Source: Vicugna vicugna (Eukaryota). Taken from it: 64,000 nt of DNA. Positions 1 to 13,300 of this stretch are shown here, piece by piece. The translations under genes were made by a program, and so were the position numbers. Below the pieces are notes generated by a model. The model made no database searches, was not told the origin of the DNA, and saw only the letters and a program-made list of their open reading frames with translations. Position 1 is the first letter of the stretch; each line of letters starts with the position of its first letter. The stretch spans positions 581,696 to 645,695 of the forward strand of contig MU058540.1 of assembly GCA_013265495.1 (NCBI GenBank). Reading direction: 5' to 3'.

Positions 1-3000
1 CTCACCAGTCCTGTGCCCCCTCACACACAGGTACATGCCCCCCAGCACACACAGTCCTTCCTGTAGGAAAGCCCCCTGGAGCCAGACTTTTCTCTTGGCC
101 TTTGATGCTGCTACTCCTGTGTGGGCCCAGTCTCCTGGCTCCCCTTCCACCCTTTCTTCTCTCTGCCTTCCTGCCCTGCAGCTCGATAAGAAGGAAGGTT
201 CTGGCCCCTCCTGGGGGTTTTGACAGGGCTGCCTTTGGGCAAAGAGCACAGCAGAGAGAAAGCATGGAGATGTGACAGGGGTGGGTCACAGACATTTTAG
301 AGGGCTCAAATCATTTATTCATTCAACAGGCATTTTCTGACATGTGTTGTGGGAGGCTGTAAGGGAGGATCTGTGTAAGAGAAAAAGACAAATTTGACAC
401 GTTCTAGGTAGTAAGTTTCCTAGAAAGATACAGAGGAATCAGGAGCAGAGAGGAATCACTTCTGGCTTCATGCCTCTGCCAGGATGCTCCAGGGCAAGTT
501 GTTTCATTCAGAAACAGATTCTGACCCATTAGTGGGCTGTCATGGCCCCTTTAATGGGGCTCAACTATCCTTCAAAGAATTGGATAGAATAGCATTAGAA
601 TTCATCTCCTGTTAAATACGTTCCGTGAGTTTTAAATTTGGTTAGTGAAGCCTTTTTATTTCTAGATATTCTATTTGGTTCTTTTTCACTCCGCTTTGCC
701 CCTTTTTATAGTTTCCTGTTCTCTGCAGGGATCCTCAAACTTTCATTGAGTTAAGCAGAATAGGCATATCTGTTGTGTCTGAAGTTTTTTTTGCTGTTTT
801 TAGTGTCTGTCTTGTGGGTTTGTTCTCAGGCCTAGTGTCCGGTTCCCAGGAATTCCAGGGTATCTTTGACTGTAACTTGGTTATTGCATTTGAACATTTG
901 GACTGAGTGGTTGTGGACTAGGAAGAAGGTACCTTTCTCCAGTGACGGTGTGCATACCCTGTTCCGAGACTCCCGGCGGCACGACCCATCCAAGACCACC
1001 TGAAGCCAAACTTGTGTCTGGGGTTTTTAGCACCATCCATGGGACTCCCGTGGGCCTCTATTTCCTGGAAGGCTGCTCAGCCCTTGCCTGGGTGTGTGGC
1101 CTTTTGGGGTCCCAGCTTATTGAGGGGAGGTCTTCAGTTATATTTCCCACCTTCCCTGGGCCTGGCCGTGGGTACCTACCCCTTCACTGGTAAAGCTGCC
1201 CAAATAAAATCCATGTTTTCTGGACTCAGCAAGTAGCCAAGGCTGAAACTCACTTGGGTGTTTCTATATCTCCCTGGTTTCCCTTTTGATCTTTTCTGCT
1301 CTGCCTGATGGTTCCTTGCTGTCTAGTCCTTTAAGAAGTCATGAAATAATATACATTCGAAAAATCCAGTGGCTTTAGTTGTTTTCTAGTTGGGTTGGTC
1401 CAGAATGGATTATAACTGTGCTTTTCAGCCCGACCAGACCCAGAGCCTGCTCACTATTCCCTGGCACAGAAAGTCTCCGTGTTACTTCAGGAAACAGTGA
1501 TCCTGACATGAATTTCCTAGGGGAGTCAGGACAGAAGAGCCTGAGAACCTCTGCTCTCGGCGCCCTGGGGCAGCACCTGTCTCTTCCTTTCTCCTCTCTG
1601 GATTGGGTGTGTGTGGGGTGGGGGCTGTGGGGAGACCCAGTTGCTCACGATCGATCGATCACCAGACCTGAGGGCTCCCGGCCTGGCCGCCCTCCCCTGG
1701 TTCCAGGCTCCCTCGGTCCCCTCCTAGCTAAGCGGCGGCGCACTCGCTGCCTCTTCCATTTCTCTCCTGCCTTTCCCACCTCTTGTAACGCCTGGTCCCT
1801 TTCCTCCCTTCAAGGCTAAATTCAAGCCCCACCTCATCACATATCAGAGAGTTGTTTCTAGATTCATGTGCTTCCAACACTCTCTAAGCCCCAGGTTAGG
1901 GGCTGGGGACATGGTGCCCCCAGCGTGGCCCTTCCCGCCTGCCCTCAGTCTGGGGAGGGGGGTGGGTGGTAAAAAATAAGCAGGCCAGCCTGTCAGACTC
2001 AGAGCCCCTTTAACATGATAAAGTGGAATTATCTATTCATATCCATATTTATATAGTACAAAAACGGGCGGGGGGGGGTGCCCAGGGCCGAGTCTGAGTG
2101 AGCCTGGAGCCAGGGTTGGGGAGGGAGCGAGGCCAGTATAATGCCCTAAGTGTGACAGCAAGAGAAATAAAAGGAAAGCAATTTATAATTAAGTAATATG
2201 TAGATTTTAGAAGTAAATGTTGGGTAGAAGACTTGAGGAAGCAGTGAGAGCTTGCCTCTGACTTGTAAGTATGCTGGCCTCAGATGCAGGCGGTGGGCGT
2301 GGCTGTGTGCGATGCATTCTCAAACAGCAAAAATCTCCTGCTGAAGGTTGAACAACACAAAGGACAACACAGATTTTTTTTCAGTTTATGTTAGAGTTGC
2401 ATTCCTGCAAAGTTCAGTGTTTACTAAAAGCATGCAAAAAAGACTCTCATTTCTGGGTTCCTCCCTGGGCCCAGGGCACTGCCCGCAGCTGTCTGCCTCT
2501 GAGCATGCAGCAGGTTGTTTGTGTCAGGGTGCAGGCACCCAGCATCCCTGTCTTGCCCACTAAATGCCAACTGTGACCTAACTTGTTGGGACAACCAAAA
2601 TCGCCTCCCCCCATTTCCAAATATCCCCTAGTTCGGCCCCATTCCCCTTACTCCTGCTGGGAACCTCTAACAAGGTGGTGAGATGGATGTGGTGACCCAG
2701 GGAACCTGGGGGAGCCCTGTGAGCTCCAGCCGAGCCTGAAGGAGCAGGAGGACTTCCTGGAGGGGGTGACACCCCAGCTTCTTTTTGGAGGTTGAGCAGA
2801 ACCTGGGAAAGACACATTGTCTCCAACAAACTGAGTGCTTACTTCCAGAAGTGATGCCCACTCATGCTGGTAAAGCCAAGATGGGCTAGGCAGAGCAGCC
2901 CTTGGCGGCTGCATCTGCTTATGGAATTGCCTTATTTTCCCCTCCCTTCAAGGAAGTTCTGTCTTCCCTGAACTTTGATTCCCTCACTTTCCCTTCCTGA

Positions 3001-4216
3001 TGCACCAGGGGCGGGGCCTCTGCCTTCTCAAGGGCTACACAGAAAACCCAGTTTTGCTTTTAGTTCCCAGGGGCTAATGACCTTTTAGAGGGTAGAGGAA
3101 AGGGCCTGATGGAGGGGGCTCCCCGACTCTGTGATTTGCTCCTTTGAGGGGCCTCCATCCAGGTCCCCCTCACAATTGTCTTCCTCCTGTGTTTCCTGCT
3201 GCTGGAGTACTGCCATTCATGGAGCCAGGCCACTGTGCCTGAGAGGAGTTACAGAGGCCAACCTCATGCCCTCCTGTGATTCCCTCCTGTGATGGGGAGC
3301 TCAGTGCCTCACAGCACGGTCCATGCTACATGCTACAGTCAGACAGGCCCAATCCTCCATGCCAGCATTTTACCAGGACCCAGAATCCTTGATCCCTTCT
3401 CACCACACTGTAGAAAAGGATTTTCCAGGTTATGTCTCCTTTTGATAAGTAGAAAAATCTGACACCCTTCCTGGAGTTTATGAAAATCGATGTTTTGTCT
3501 GTCTTGCAAATAAAAATCAGGTCATAGAGAACCTGTTTCTGGAATTTTGATTGGCCCTGTCTTAGGTGGAGTTCCCTAGAAGCAGAACATCTGATGGGAG
3601 AATTATTGAGGAGGAGTCTCTGGAGGAGCATGTTGGGAGCCTGGCTCAGACAAGGCAGGGGAAGAGCCCAGCGAAGAGGTGGTTTCAGGGGAAGAGAAGC
3701 CTCAGCCTGATCCCACAGGGATCACCGCAGACAGTCCCCTCCTCCTGTGTCAGTTGTTGGATACAGGCTGCCCCTCAGGAGGGGTGGGGGATGTCACTTT
3801 CCAGGCATCTGTGGGCAAGATGGCGGTTGGCCACAGAAGAATGCTGATATGAGCTGTTAGTCGTCAATGTCCACAAAAGCTGGGCATAGACAGGGCATAG
3901 GGGTGGGTGGGTGCCCAAGAGCCTCTGATAAATCTCCTGTGGGGAGGAGGACACATGTCAGTCTCCCGGGTGAGATCCTGCTCTCAAACCTGCTTCTGGG
4001 ACTCTCCATTCTACTCAGCCCAGTCCAGGATGCCCCAAGTATCCTTGAAAGAACCTGGACCTACAAGGTTCTTCCAAACATGACCTTTCTATCCCAGTGG
4101 GGCAGGGGGGTGGGGAGGAGTGCGGGGAGCAGAGGTGGGATTCAGGGGCAGTGCTGCAGGGAGAGCCCTGAGCCCCACATGAACCCACCTCCCTCCTTTG
4201 GTCTGCCCTCCCTCAG

Positions 4217-4338
4217 ACTGCCTCTTCAAGGTGTGTCCCATGAACCGCTACTCAGCCCAGAAGCAGTACTGGAAGGCCAAGCAGACCAAGCAGGACAAGG
4301 AGAAGATCGCCGATGTGGTGCTGCTGCAGAAGTTACAG
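4217..4338 (+). CDS. ITPR3: ITPR3 exon 3
   Basis: cag|AC TGC...TTA CAG|gt; [11 protein letters not shown]...LLQKLQ. Confidence 0.95.
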
Positions 4339-7300
4339 GTGTGTGTGTGTGCACACAGCTGTCCACCTGCATGTGTGTGTCACGAACCTGGGCCCCTGCT
4401 CTCAGGGAGAGCCAGTCTGATGGAGGAGACAGAGTGCCTGCCTCCAGGAACTCCCAGTCTGATGGAGCACACACAGCCTATCCTCAGGCAACTTCCAGTC
4501 TATTGGGACAGAAGAGCCTAGAAAGGTGGCCTTGATGGGACGCACACCAAATCCTGGAGGCACCAGAGCTGGATCTGTCAGAGTTGGCTGTGGCCAGTCA
4601 GGGAAGGCTTCCTGGAGGCAGTGGGCTGGGAGCACACACAGTTTTGGGAGGGAGGTCACAGAGGAGTGGGAGTGGAGGAGGGGGAAATGGCTCAAAGCAC
4701 ACCTGCCAGCATTTGGGCTGGGGCAGGGGTCCCGTGTCGGGGCACCAGGAGTCTGGTGAGGGAGGGCAGTGAGGCATAGCCTTAGGTTATCTGCTAGGGA
4801 TGTCAGGGGCATACGGGGTTCACAGGCCTGCTGGTGTGACCCCCTAGAGGGAAGCGGCAGGGAGAGGGCAGGGGTGAAGGAATTGGTTCCTTGGGCTGCA
4901 TGCTGTATGGCTCGGGGTTGTCCCTCCACACTCTGAGCCTCATTCTTCTGTCAGTAGCGGGAGGAATGGGCTGGATTGGCTCTGGGGGTCCCCCTGAATG
5001 CGGTGCCAGGCCCTCTGTGGTTGTGTGCCCGCACGTGCAGGTGTGGTGTGGGGGGATGTCCCCCCAGGAGCAGGCTTCTGGGCCCGCCCTCCAGCTCTGC
5101 ATGTGTTTGTGCAGCACGCAGCCCAGATGGAGCAGAAGCAGAATGACACGGAGAACAAGAAAGTGCACGGGGACGTGGTGAAGTACGGCAGTGTGATCCA
5201 GGTGGGACCGCCGGCGTCTCCTGCTGAGGATGCTGGGGCTGGTGTGGGGGGAGAGGGGTGCCAGCTGACATTGTTAACGAACCAAACCTGGGTCTGCTGG
5301 CCCGCAAAGTAAAGCCAATCAACTGACAAGGGGTTGTGGGGAAGGAAGGTGCAGTGTTTATTGCAGGGGGCCAAGCAAGGAGTTCAGGACAGCTAATGCT
5401 TAGAAAGCCTGACCGCCAAGATGGGTTTCAGCTAGGCATTTAGCAAAAAAAAAAAATCTATCTGTCTATCTATCGATCGATCTATCTGTCTATCCCCCAA
5501 CCCCCGCCCAGCAAGGCATTTTTAAAGGCATGGTGAGGGAGGGGCGTCCCAGGGTATGTGATCAGCTCATGCACAATTCTGATTGGTTGATGGTGACGTA
5601 ACAGGGCAGTGTCACGGGGGTTAATGTTATCAATCCTTAGGTGCCAGTGTGCTCATGATCATCAAGTAGGTAATTTCTTCCACTTGGTGGTGGTTTTATG
5701 GTCTGTAAAACAGCTCAGGAAAGTTGCGTCAGCTACTGTTATCTGAGTACTTCAGAGAGGAGTGAAAGCAGAGGACATGGACAGAGGGGTCTGTCCCAGG
5801 AAGACCCCATAGGGTCCTGCTCAGTTACAACTGAACCCAGGGCTCTCTGTGACTGCATGTCTGCTTCTGTGTGTGCCTGTTGCTGCGTGGCCTGAATTGC
5901 TGTGTCACAGCTGAACTGCTGTGAATTGGATGTGTTTTCAACCCGGTGGTCACTAGCACAGATTCTGGTGCCATGAGGTGGGTTCAGGTTTTAGCTGTGT
6001 GACCTGGGCAAGTTACTTAACTTCCCTGTGCCTCTGTTTCCCCATCTGTAAAATCAGGCCAGTGATAGTACTTCCCTCTTGGTTGTTGTGAGATTACATG
6101 AGCTAATTAATACATGTAAGGTGTTTAGAACAGTGCTGGCTTTTTTTGTGTGATCTCCTGGGTATGTGATTGTTCGTCTGGCTGTGTTTGTCTCAGTCTG
6201 TGTGTCTGACACTGTACATGCATCAAGCCATGATCACGGGTCCAGTGTGCCCTGCCAGGGCCCCTCTCTGATGAGCTGGCCTCCTGGGGCCTGGTGACCT
6301 CACCCCCACCTGTCCCCCAGCTCCTGCACATGAAGAGCAACAAGTACCTGACGGTGAATAAGCGGCTGCCGGCCCTGCTGGAGAAGAATGCCATGCGGGT
6401 GACGCTGGATGCCACAGGGAACGAGGGCTCCTGGCTCTTCATCCAGCCCTTCTGGAAGCTGCGGAGCAACGGGGACAACGTGAGGGCAGGGCTGGGCAGG
6501 AAGGGCCTGCTGGAAGGAAGGCACAGGCCACAGCTCCAGGGGGGCTTCAAAGGGCCTTTGATGTGGGTTGGGGGACTGTGTGAGCTCATGCTTGTTTCTC
6601 AGGGGGCCCGGCCCTCCCTGCCTTTCCCCACAGGTGGTTGTGGGGGACAAGGTGATCCTGAATCCCGTCAACGCTGGGCAGCCTCTGCATGCCAGCAATT
6701 ACGAGCTCAGTGACAACGCTGGCTGCAAGGAGGTGAGCAGGGTGTTGGGTTGCTGAGGCAGGCTGGGCCCGGGGCCCTCTCTCAGAGTGCTTGCACTTGC
6801 CCCTGGACAAACATCTCCCCGAGTAACAGAAGACAAAGAAACGATAAGGGACTAAAAGTCACTGGATGCTTGCGCAGTTGGGGCAATCATGAACAATAAG
6901 ATACAAGAGAGCCAAAACCCAGCTGCCACTTATGAGGTGCCGGGAGCAAAAGCAGGATACTGCGCATGATCACTGCACACAGCACCACCGAGGGGGTGGG
7001 CTGACCACCTACACCACCCCTGACCCAACCAACTGGCCCACCCCTACTCCCACTCCATTTAAAAAACCAGCCCGCCCTCCTCAGAGAGTGAGCAGGGGCA
7101 CCTGTTACTTGTTTTCGCTCCCTCGTGCTTCACGAGGCCTCTCATCAATTCCTCTTGATTAAAAAGTCCAAGGACCCTAGTTAGTAACTCGGCTAGCTCT
7201 GCAGCAGACAGGCGTCCACAAACCCACTCTCCTCCTCCCTGGGGTCTCCCTCTCCAGTCCTGCCTGCCGCTGGAGGGCCAGGCCTCAATGCCCCCTCTAC

Positions 7301-10300
7301 TGTCTCCTAGCATCTGCCTCCATTCTCTACCCCACAGACTGGCAGCCCCAGGGCAGCTGGGCTGGGGTCTGGGGCCCATGTTAGGAAAAGGTATCCTGTC
7401 CTTGTGCACTGATGGGGGCTGGGCTGACCTCCCCTTACCCCTTCTCTGGGCCTTCAGTGTGGGCCCACTCCCCAACTGCAGGGGTCTGCCTGGCATCAGG
7501 GGTCTCTCTGCCCTTCCTCAGGTCAACTCTGTGAACTGCAACACCAGCTGGAAGATCAACTTGTTTATGCAGTTCCGAGACCACCTGGAGGAGGTGTTGA
7601 AAGGGGTAAGGACTGGGAGCCCCCACCCCTGCTGTCCTGCCCCACCCCCAGAGGTCCCCCTGGCTGCCTTCCCCACCTGCCCTGTAGCCAGCTCTGTGCA
7701 CCCCTTTCTCTGGCTCTGTACCCCTTCTGGCCTCCCTCCACCCCTACAGGGCCCCAACCAGACCATCCCTTCTCTTGTCTTTGGCCTCAAGACCCGTCTC
7801 TCCAGCCTGTCTGAGTCCTGGCTATTCTCACCTTGCTCTCTTGTTAAGGGGGTGTCAGCAGGCTGGGGGGAGGTCCCTATCCCCCACCTTGGGGGTGGGT
7901 CCAGACCCTTTGAGCTCCCTGTCCCTTCCCGCATGTCTGCTCCACCACGCCCCCTACCCTTTGCCCTGTGCCCTCTTGGGCAAGGACATGAGGCTGCTGA
8001 GGCTGCTTCCAGACCTGCCGGTGTGGGCTCTCGGACCTAAGGGGTTGGCAGGAGGGGAGCGGACAAGCCTGTGGGGTGACAGCTGTGCTGGGAAATACCA
8101 TAGTAATGACTTTGGAGGGACTGGAGCAGAGGGTACAAGGACGGCTGGGGAGAACGCTGGAGAAACCTTGAAAACCAGAGTTCAGGGGAGAGAGGAGGGT
8201 TCAGAGGTTCCTTCAGTGGGGCTGCAGGGTTCAGAACCACCCTACTGGGGTGCAAGTGGTATGTGGAAGGGCAGATCTGGTGGGGGGCAAAGAGGGTGGG
8301 GCTCCTCAGCTAGAGAAATCGCAGATACACTTGGCTGTGATACCTGTTAAAGGGACAGGCGACAGGCCTGAGAGCAGCCGCCCTAAGGAGGTCACCCCGT
8401 GTGCACTGACCTCCCCTGCTCAGAAGCCTGCAGTGGCTCCTTTGCTCTCCTCCCCAAGCCAGGCTGCTCTAGCTGACATTCCTGCCCTCCTTTCTCCCTT
8501 CCCTAGGCTATTTTCCTGTCTACTCATACTCTGTGCAAATGCCTTTCCCTCCCTCCCTCCCTTAAGCCTGCCCATCAACCACACATCAATCAAAGCCCAG
8601 CTCGTGTGCCACCTTCTCCCAGAAGCCTTCCCTGATTACACATTCCAGCCCTAAGTCTGTGCAGCACTTCGAAAATGAAGCATCATTGGTCCCAACTCTA
8701 TGGAGTGGTTTTGGTGAATCTGTCACAGCTCCAAGGTCCGATTCCAGGCAACTTGCATAGGAAGCTTGAGCTTAAGTCCACCCTTAAGTTTTTTTTTTTT
8801 TTTTACTCTCACCCGGCACTGCCTGGGCACATAAATCAGTAGTTCTGCCATAAGTAACTGACCCAATCTGTGTATGTTCATTCACTTTCTTGCTCATACA
8901 TTCACTCTACAGATGTTGACTGAGTACTTCATGTCCAGTGCAGTGTAGGGAAGACAGATAATGCCATAGTGGTAATAACAGGAGTGACAGACACGCACTG
9001 AGAGCCTGCTGGGTGGGAGACAGCTTGCCGTGGGAGGAGCTGGGGTGGGGAGATGCATGTGTGGGCTCTGGAGCACGGATTCTCGTCCCATTTGCTACTA
9101 GCTATGTGACCCTCGGCAGGACACTTTAAGTTTCTCTCTGCCTGAGTTTCTCCACCTGTAAAATGGGGATAACTGTATATGCACCCAGAGGGTTGGTGCG
9201 AGGATTAGGTGAGAAAGTCCATGTAAATTGCTTGCGCAGGGGCTGGCACATGGTAAGTGTGCCGTGTTACTTCATTATACAAATTGTAATCCTTAGTTTT
9301 TGCAAGGAGTTCCTGGTGTTCCCATTTTATAGAAGAGGAAATTAAGGCTGAGATGTTAAGGGACTTCTCCAAAGTCACACAACTTTTCAGAGCAGAGCCA
9401 GGATCCAAAGTTGGTCTCAATGTCCAAAGCTATGCACAGGCCACAGCCTCTGCTCTGGCTGTTCCAGTCCAACAGGAGGCAAAAAAGATGGGTCTGACTA
9501 CTGATATTCAGGCAGAAAAGGCCCCAGGAGAGGGGCAACCATGGGCCTGGGGAGACCTCTCTTGCCTTTGTGGAGGAGGTAACTTAAGGTTGGCCTTTAG
9601 TGGTCAGGTGGGGTTTCTAGACTTACAGGCTGGGGAGGGAGCTGATGAAGACAGGTTCAGATATGGGAAGGCTGGGGAGGGCTCTGGGTGAGAGTGTGTC
9701 CGGCCCCAGCTCTTTGAGGTCTTGACTGTGGCTCTGGGCCGAGAGCCTGGCTGAGGGACTGGGTCCTGGCTGTCCTCTGATGGAACTCAGTGTGCACTCC
9801 AGCCTCGGCTGCTGGTTCTGGAAGCCTGCGCCTGCATCTATGGCAGGTGGGGTTGGCTCCCTGGAGGTTCTTTGTCCACCCTGAGCCCTTGCCCCGCCAC
9901 CTGCAGGGAGACGTGGTGCGGCTGTTCCACGCGGAGCAGGAGAAGTTCTTGACGTGTGACGAGTACAAGGGCAAGCTGCAGGTGTTTCTGCGCACCACGC
10001 TGCGCCAGTCTGCCACCTCAGCCACCAGCTCCAACGCCCTCTGGGAGGTGGAGGTCAGAACCCTGCTTCTGGCATCTGGGACCCAGCCCTGGGCTCCCCC
10101 CTCACCCCATCTGTCTCTCCTCTGAGCCCCTTCACAGCCGGGGGCCAGGGAAGGTCTCAGACCCACCCACCCAGAGCCTTCCAGGCCTCCAGTCCCCCTC
10201 CCCTCTGTGCCCCCGCCTCCCCCCTGCACCCCCCTGGTGGTCCACCATGACCCCTGCCGTGGAGGAGCTGGCCACTGGAACGGCCTGTACCGCTTCAAGC

Positions 10301-13300
10301 ATCTGGCCACGGGCAACTACCTGGCTGCTGAGGTGAGTAGGGAGGCAGAGGGTGTCCTGGGCACGAGCACAAGTGCCTGGTGCGTGTCTGCAGAGAGACA
10401 TGTGTGGACCCTGGTTTATCTGCTCTCATGCATATACTTGGCAAATATTATCAAATACATGCATGACTGTAAGTTTCAGGAATGTTACGGTGACCCTACT
10501 GTGTGCCAGGAGCTATTCTGGGCCCTGGGCATACAGCAGTGAGCACAATTCCCAGCCCTCGTGGAACTTACATTCTGCATCCACATCTGTCTGTAACACA
10601 CAGGCTTGTGTGAATTGGGGCACTTATGTATGTGTGCCTCCATCTATGGGTCTATGGAGAGAGGCCATGGAGGGCAGGGCCTGGGGCTCTGGTTGGCTCC
10701 TTCAATAGTGACATGAATTTGGGGGCTGAGATGGGCACCCTTGGAAGGATGAGGGAGGCTGCCTGCCCCAAGCAGGGTCATATGTGGACACTGTTTTGGG
10801 GTGTGGGTCTTGTGGGTATAGCTTGGTGCCCAGTAGCCCCTGTCTTGTATCTCTGTCCAGGAGAACCCCAGCTACAAGGGTGATGCCTCTGATCCCAAGG
10901 CAGCAGGAACGGTGAGGACCAAAGGATGGTTCCAGGGCTGGGGGAAGAGTGAACATGCACAGCTCTGGGGCGGGCTGGGGTAGGGGGGCCTGTGAAACCC
11001 TGGGAGGTAGGCTGGAGGGCGAAGGCCTCTCAGATGGGATCCTGGGATTCAGGGAGTCTGAGAGGAGGGAGGGGCTCCTAACCTGAGTTGGGGTCCTCAC
11101 CCCAGGGTGCCCAGGGCCGTGCAGGTCGTCGGAACGCTGGGGAGAAGATTAAGTACCGCTTGGTGGCTGTGCCCCATGGCAACGACATCGCTTCCCTCTT
11201 TGAGCTGGACCCCACCACGCTGCAGAAAACTGACTCCTTCGTGCCAAGGTAGGTAGGCGCCACGTGCCTGGGGGCTGGGCGGGGGTGCCCAGGCTCGCCC
11301 GTCCTGTCCCTGGACTCCCCGTGCCCCTCACTCCTCTGCCCTCCTGAGGTCCCCTGGCCTCAGGGCCTGCATGACCTGCCCCTCTGGGGATCCAGCTCTG
11401 AGGCCTGGAGTCAGATGAGCACTTGCCGTGTGCCCTGCCCTGGGTCCTGCACACGGGATGCCGCCTTGTGCTAGCTCGTCTCTGGATGCCTTCTCTCCAG
11501 CGTTCTGTACGGCCAGTTGGCCTGGGGCTCAGGCACAGGCTGTGGAGTTTGTCCGGGGCACACTGTGTGCAGGGGCTGGACTCCCTCACCTTCAAGACCC
11601 CCCTAGCCCTGAGATTCTTTTTTAAAACAATTTTTTTTTTAAACTGAAATAGCTCAATTCTATTTTTTTGGGGGGGGCGATAATTAGGTTTACTTATTTT
11701 TAATGGAGGCCCTGGGGATTGAACCCAGGACCTTATGTATGCCAAGCATGTACTTTTATCAATGAGCTATACCCTCTTCCCTGCTGAGATTCTAAAACGT
11801 AGCATCAAGAAACTTCCCGAGTGTCAGTCAGGCTTTAGTCTAGACAAGCTGTCTGACCTCAGGCAGCTGACTCAGTCACTTGGCTGCAACTTCCTCACCT
11901 GTAAAGTGGGAATATCAAGTTACCCATCAGCAGGGCTGATGGAATTAATTGAGTCATTGTAGGCCCACAATCCCATATCTGAGACTCTTGGGGCCAGATG
12001 TATTTGGAGATTCAGATTGTTTTTCATTTCTGAAAGGTAATTATATTTTATAATGAAAAACATGAGTGTTTCTGCTGTGAAATGTATGCGTGTTGACACT
12101 AAATGGGATAAATAGTTTAAGTCGCCTCATTTGTCCAAATGAATTTTGGTCCCAAGCTTGCAAACCAGCCTGGGCTTTTGGAGCACTTGGGTTTGGGGCG
12201 AGCAGGTGAGGCATGTGGGCCTGGGCGAGCGCGGCAGTTGGCACAGGGCCTGGGAGCCGTGCTGCTGGTCTCTCTAATCCGGCTCGGGCTCCTCACCTGG
12301 AGGGACCGGTGCCCCGTCCCGCGGCTGCTGGGTGTGTAGTGTGGAGTTAGGTGGAAGATGGGAAGCCGCTGGGGGGCAAGTGGGCAGACCACTGGGGCAC
12401 GTTCCACTGGGCTCTGCCCCCCTCCTGCCTGCAGGAACTCGTACGTCCGGCTACGGCACCTCTGCACCAACACGTGGATCCAGAGCACCAATGTGCCCAT
12501 TGACGTCGACGAGGAGCGGCCCATCCGGCTCATGGTGCGGGGCTGGGGGGCCAGGCTGCGGGCTGGGCTTGGACTTGGGCTTAAGCTGGTCTCTGAGTGC
12601 CCTGCTGACCTCTTTCCCTGCAGCTGGGCACCTGCCCCACCAAGGAGGACAAGGAGGCCTTTGCCATCGTGTCAGTTCCTGTGTCCGAGATCCGAGACCT
12701 GGACTTTGCCAATGATGCCAGCTCCATGCTGGCCAGCGCCGTGGAGAAACTCAATGAGGGCTTCATCAGCCAGAATGACCGCAGGTGGGCTGCAGGAGCA
12801 GGGTTCCAGAGAGGTCTTGACCTGCTGGGTTTGTGTTTCACAGAAAAGGGGTCACAGAGCAGACGCTGGGCAGGGGAGACAGAGCTGGTGACTGGTCCCT
12901 GTCGGGCTCTGGCTGACCTTGGGCCCCAGCCTCACTGCTCACATACTCCAAGAACTCACCCTGTGACCGAGCCATCTTTACCCCTGTTTTACTGATGATG
13001 GGACTGAAGCTCAGAGAGGTTAAGAGACTTAACCAAGGTCACACAGCTAGTAAATGACAGTCAGGATGGACATGCAGAGCCCTTCACACTAAACACCCTA
13101 CCGGTGCCCTGTGTTCCTTACCAGATAGGAATTTCCTAGATTCTTTCTCTAGGGGGCACTTTGGAATCCAGGGTGGGTGGGTTGAGGCTGTGTGTTTTGA
13201 GAGCAATTCTGGGTGAATCTGGGGAGAGCAATCAAAGGCAAGTGATGGGCTCTGTGCGGTGATGGCAGGGCCGGCCCATGGGAAAGGGCTGGTTGCCCGA

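Noticed and set aside
1..4216. ITPR3 exons 1-2 or another gene
   Set aside because: No matching peptide found; the region looks like intron 2 with old repeat fragments.
4394..4520. CRISPR-like repeat-spacer pattern
   Set aside because: Mammalian intron, three degenerate units with mutually similar 'spacers', and no cas genes.
7288..8040. 250-aa plus-strand ORF, and similar long ORFs at 3867, 22824 and 31345
   Set aside because: Each is a single ITPR3 exon extended into stop-poor intronic sequence, not a separate gene.
9060..9420. Inverted MIR pair as a dsRNA/editing substrate
   Set aside because: The copies look too diverged for an extended duplex, and MIR pairs are common.
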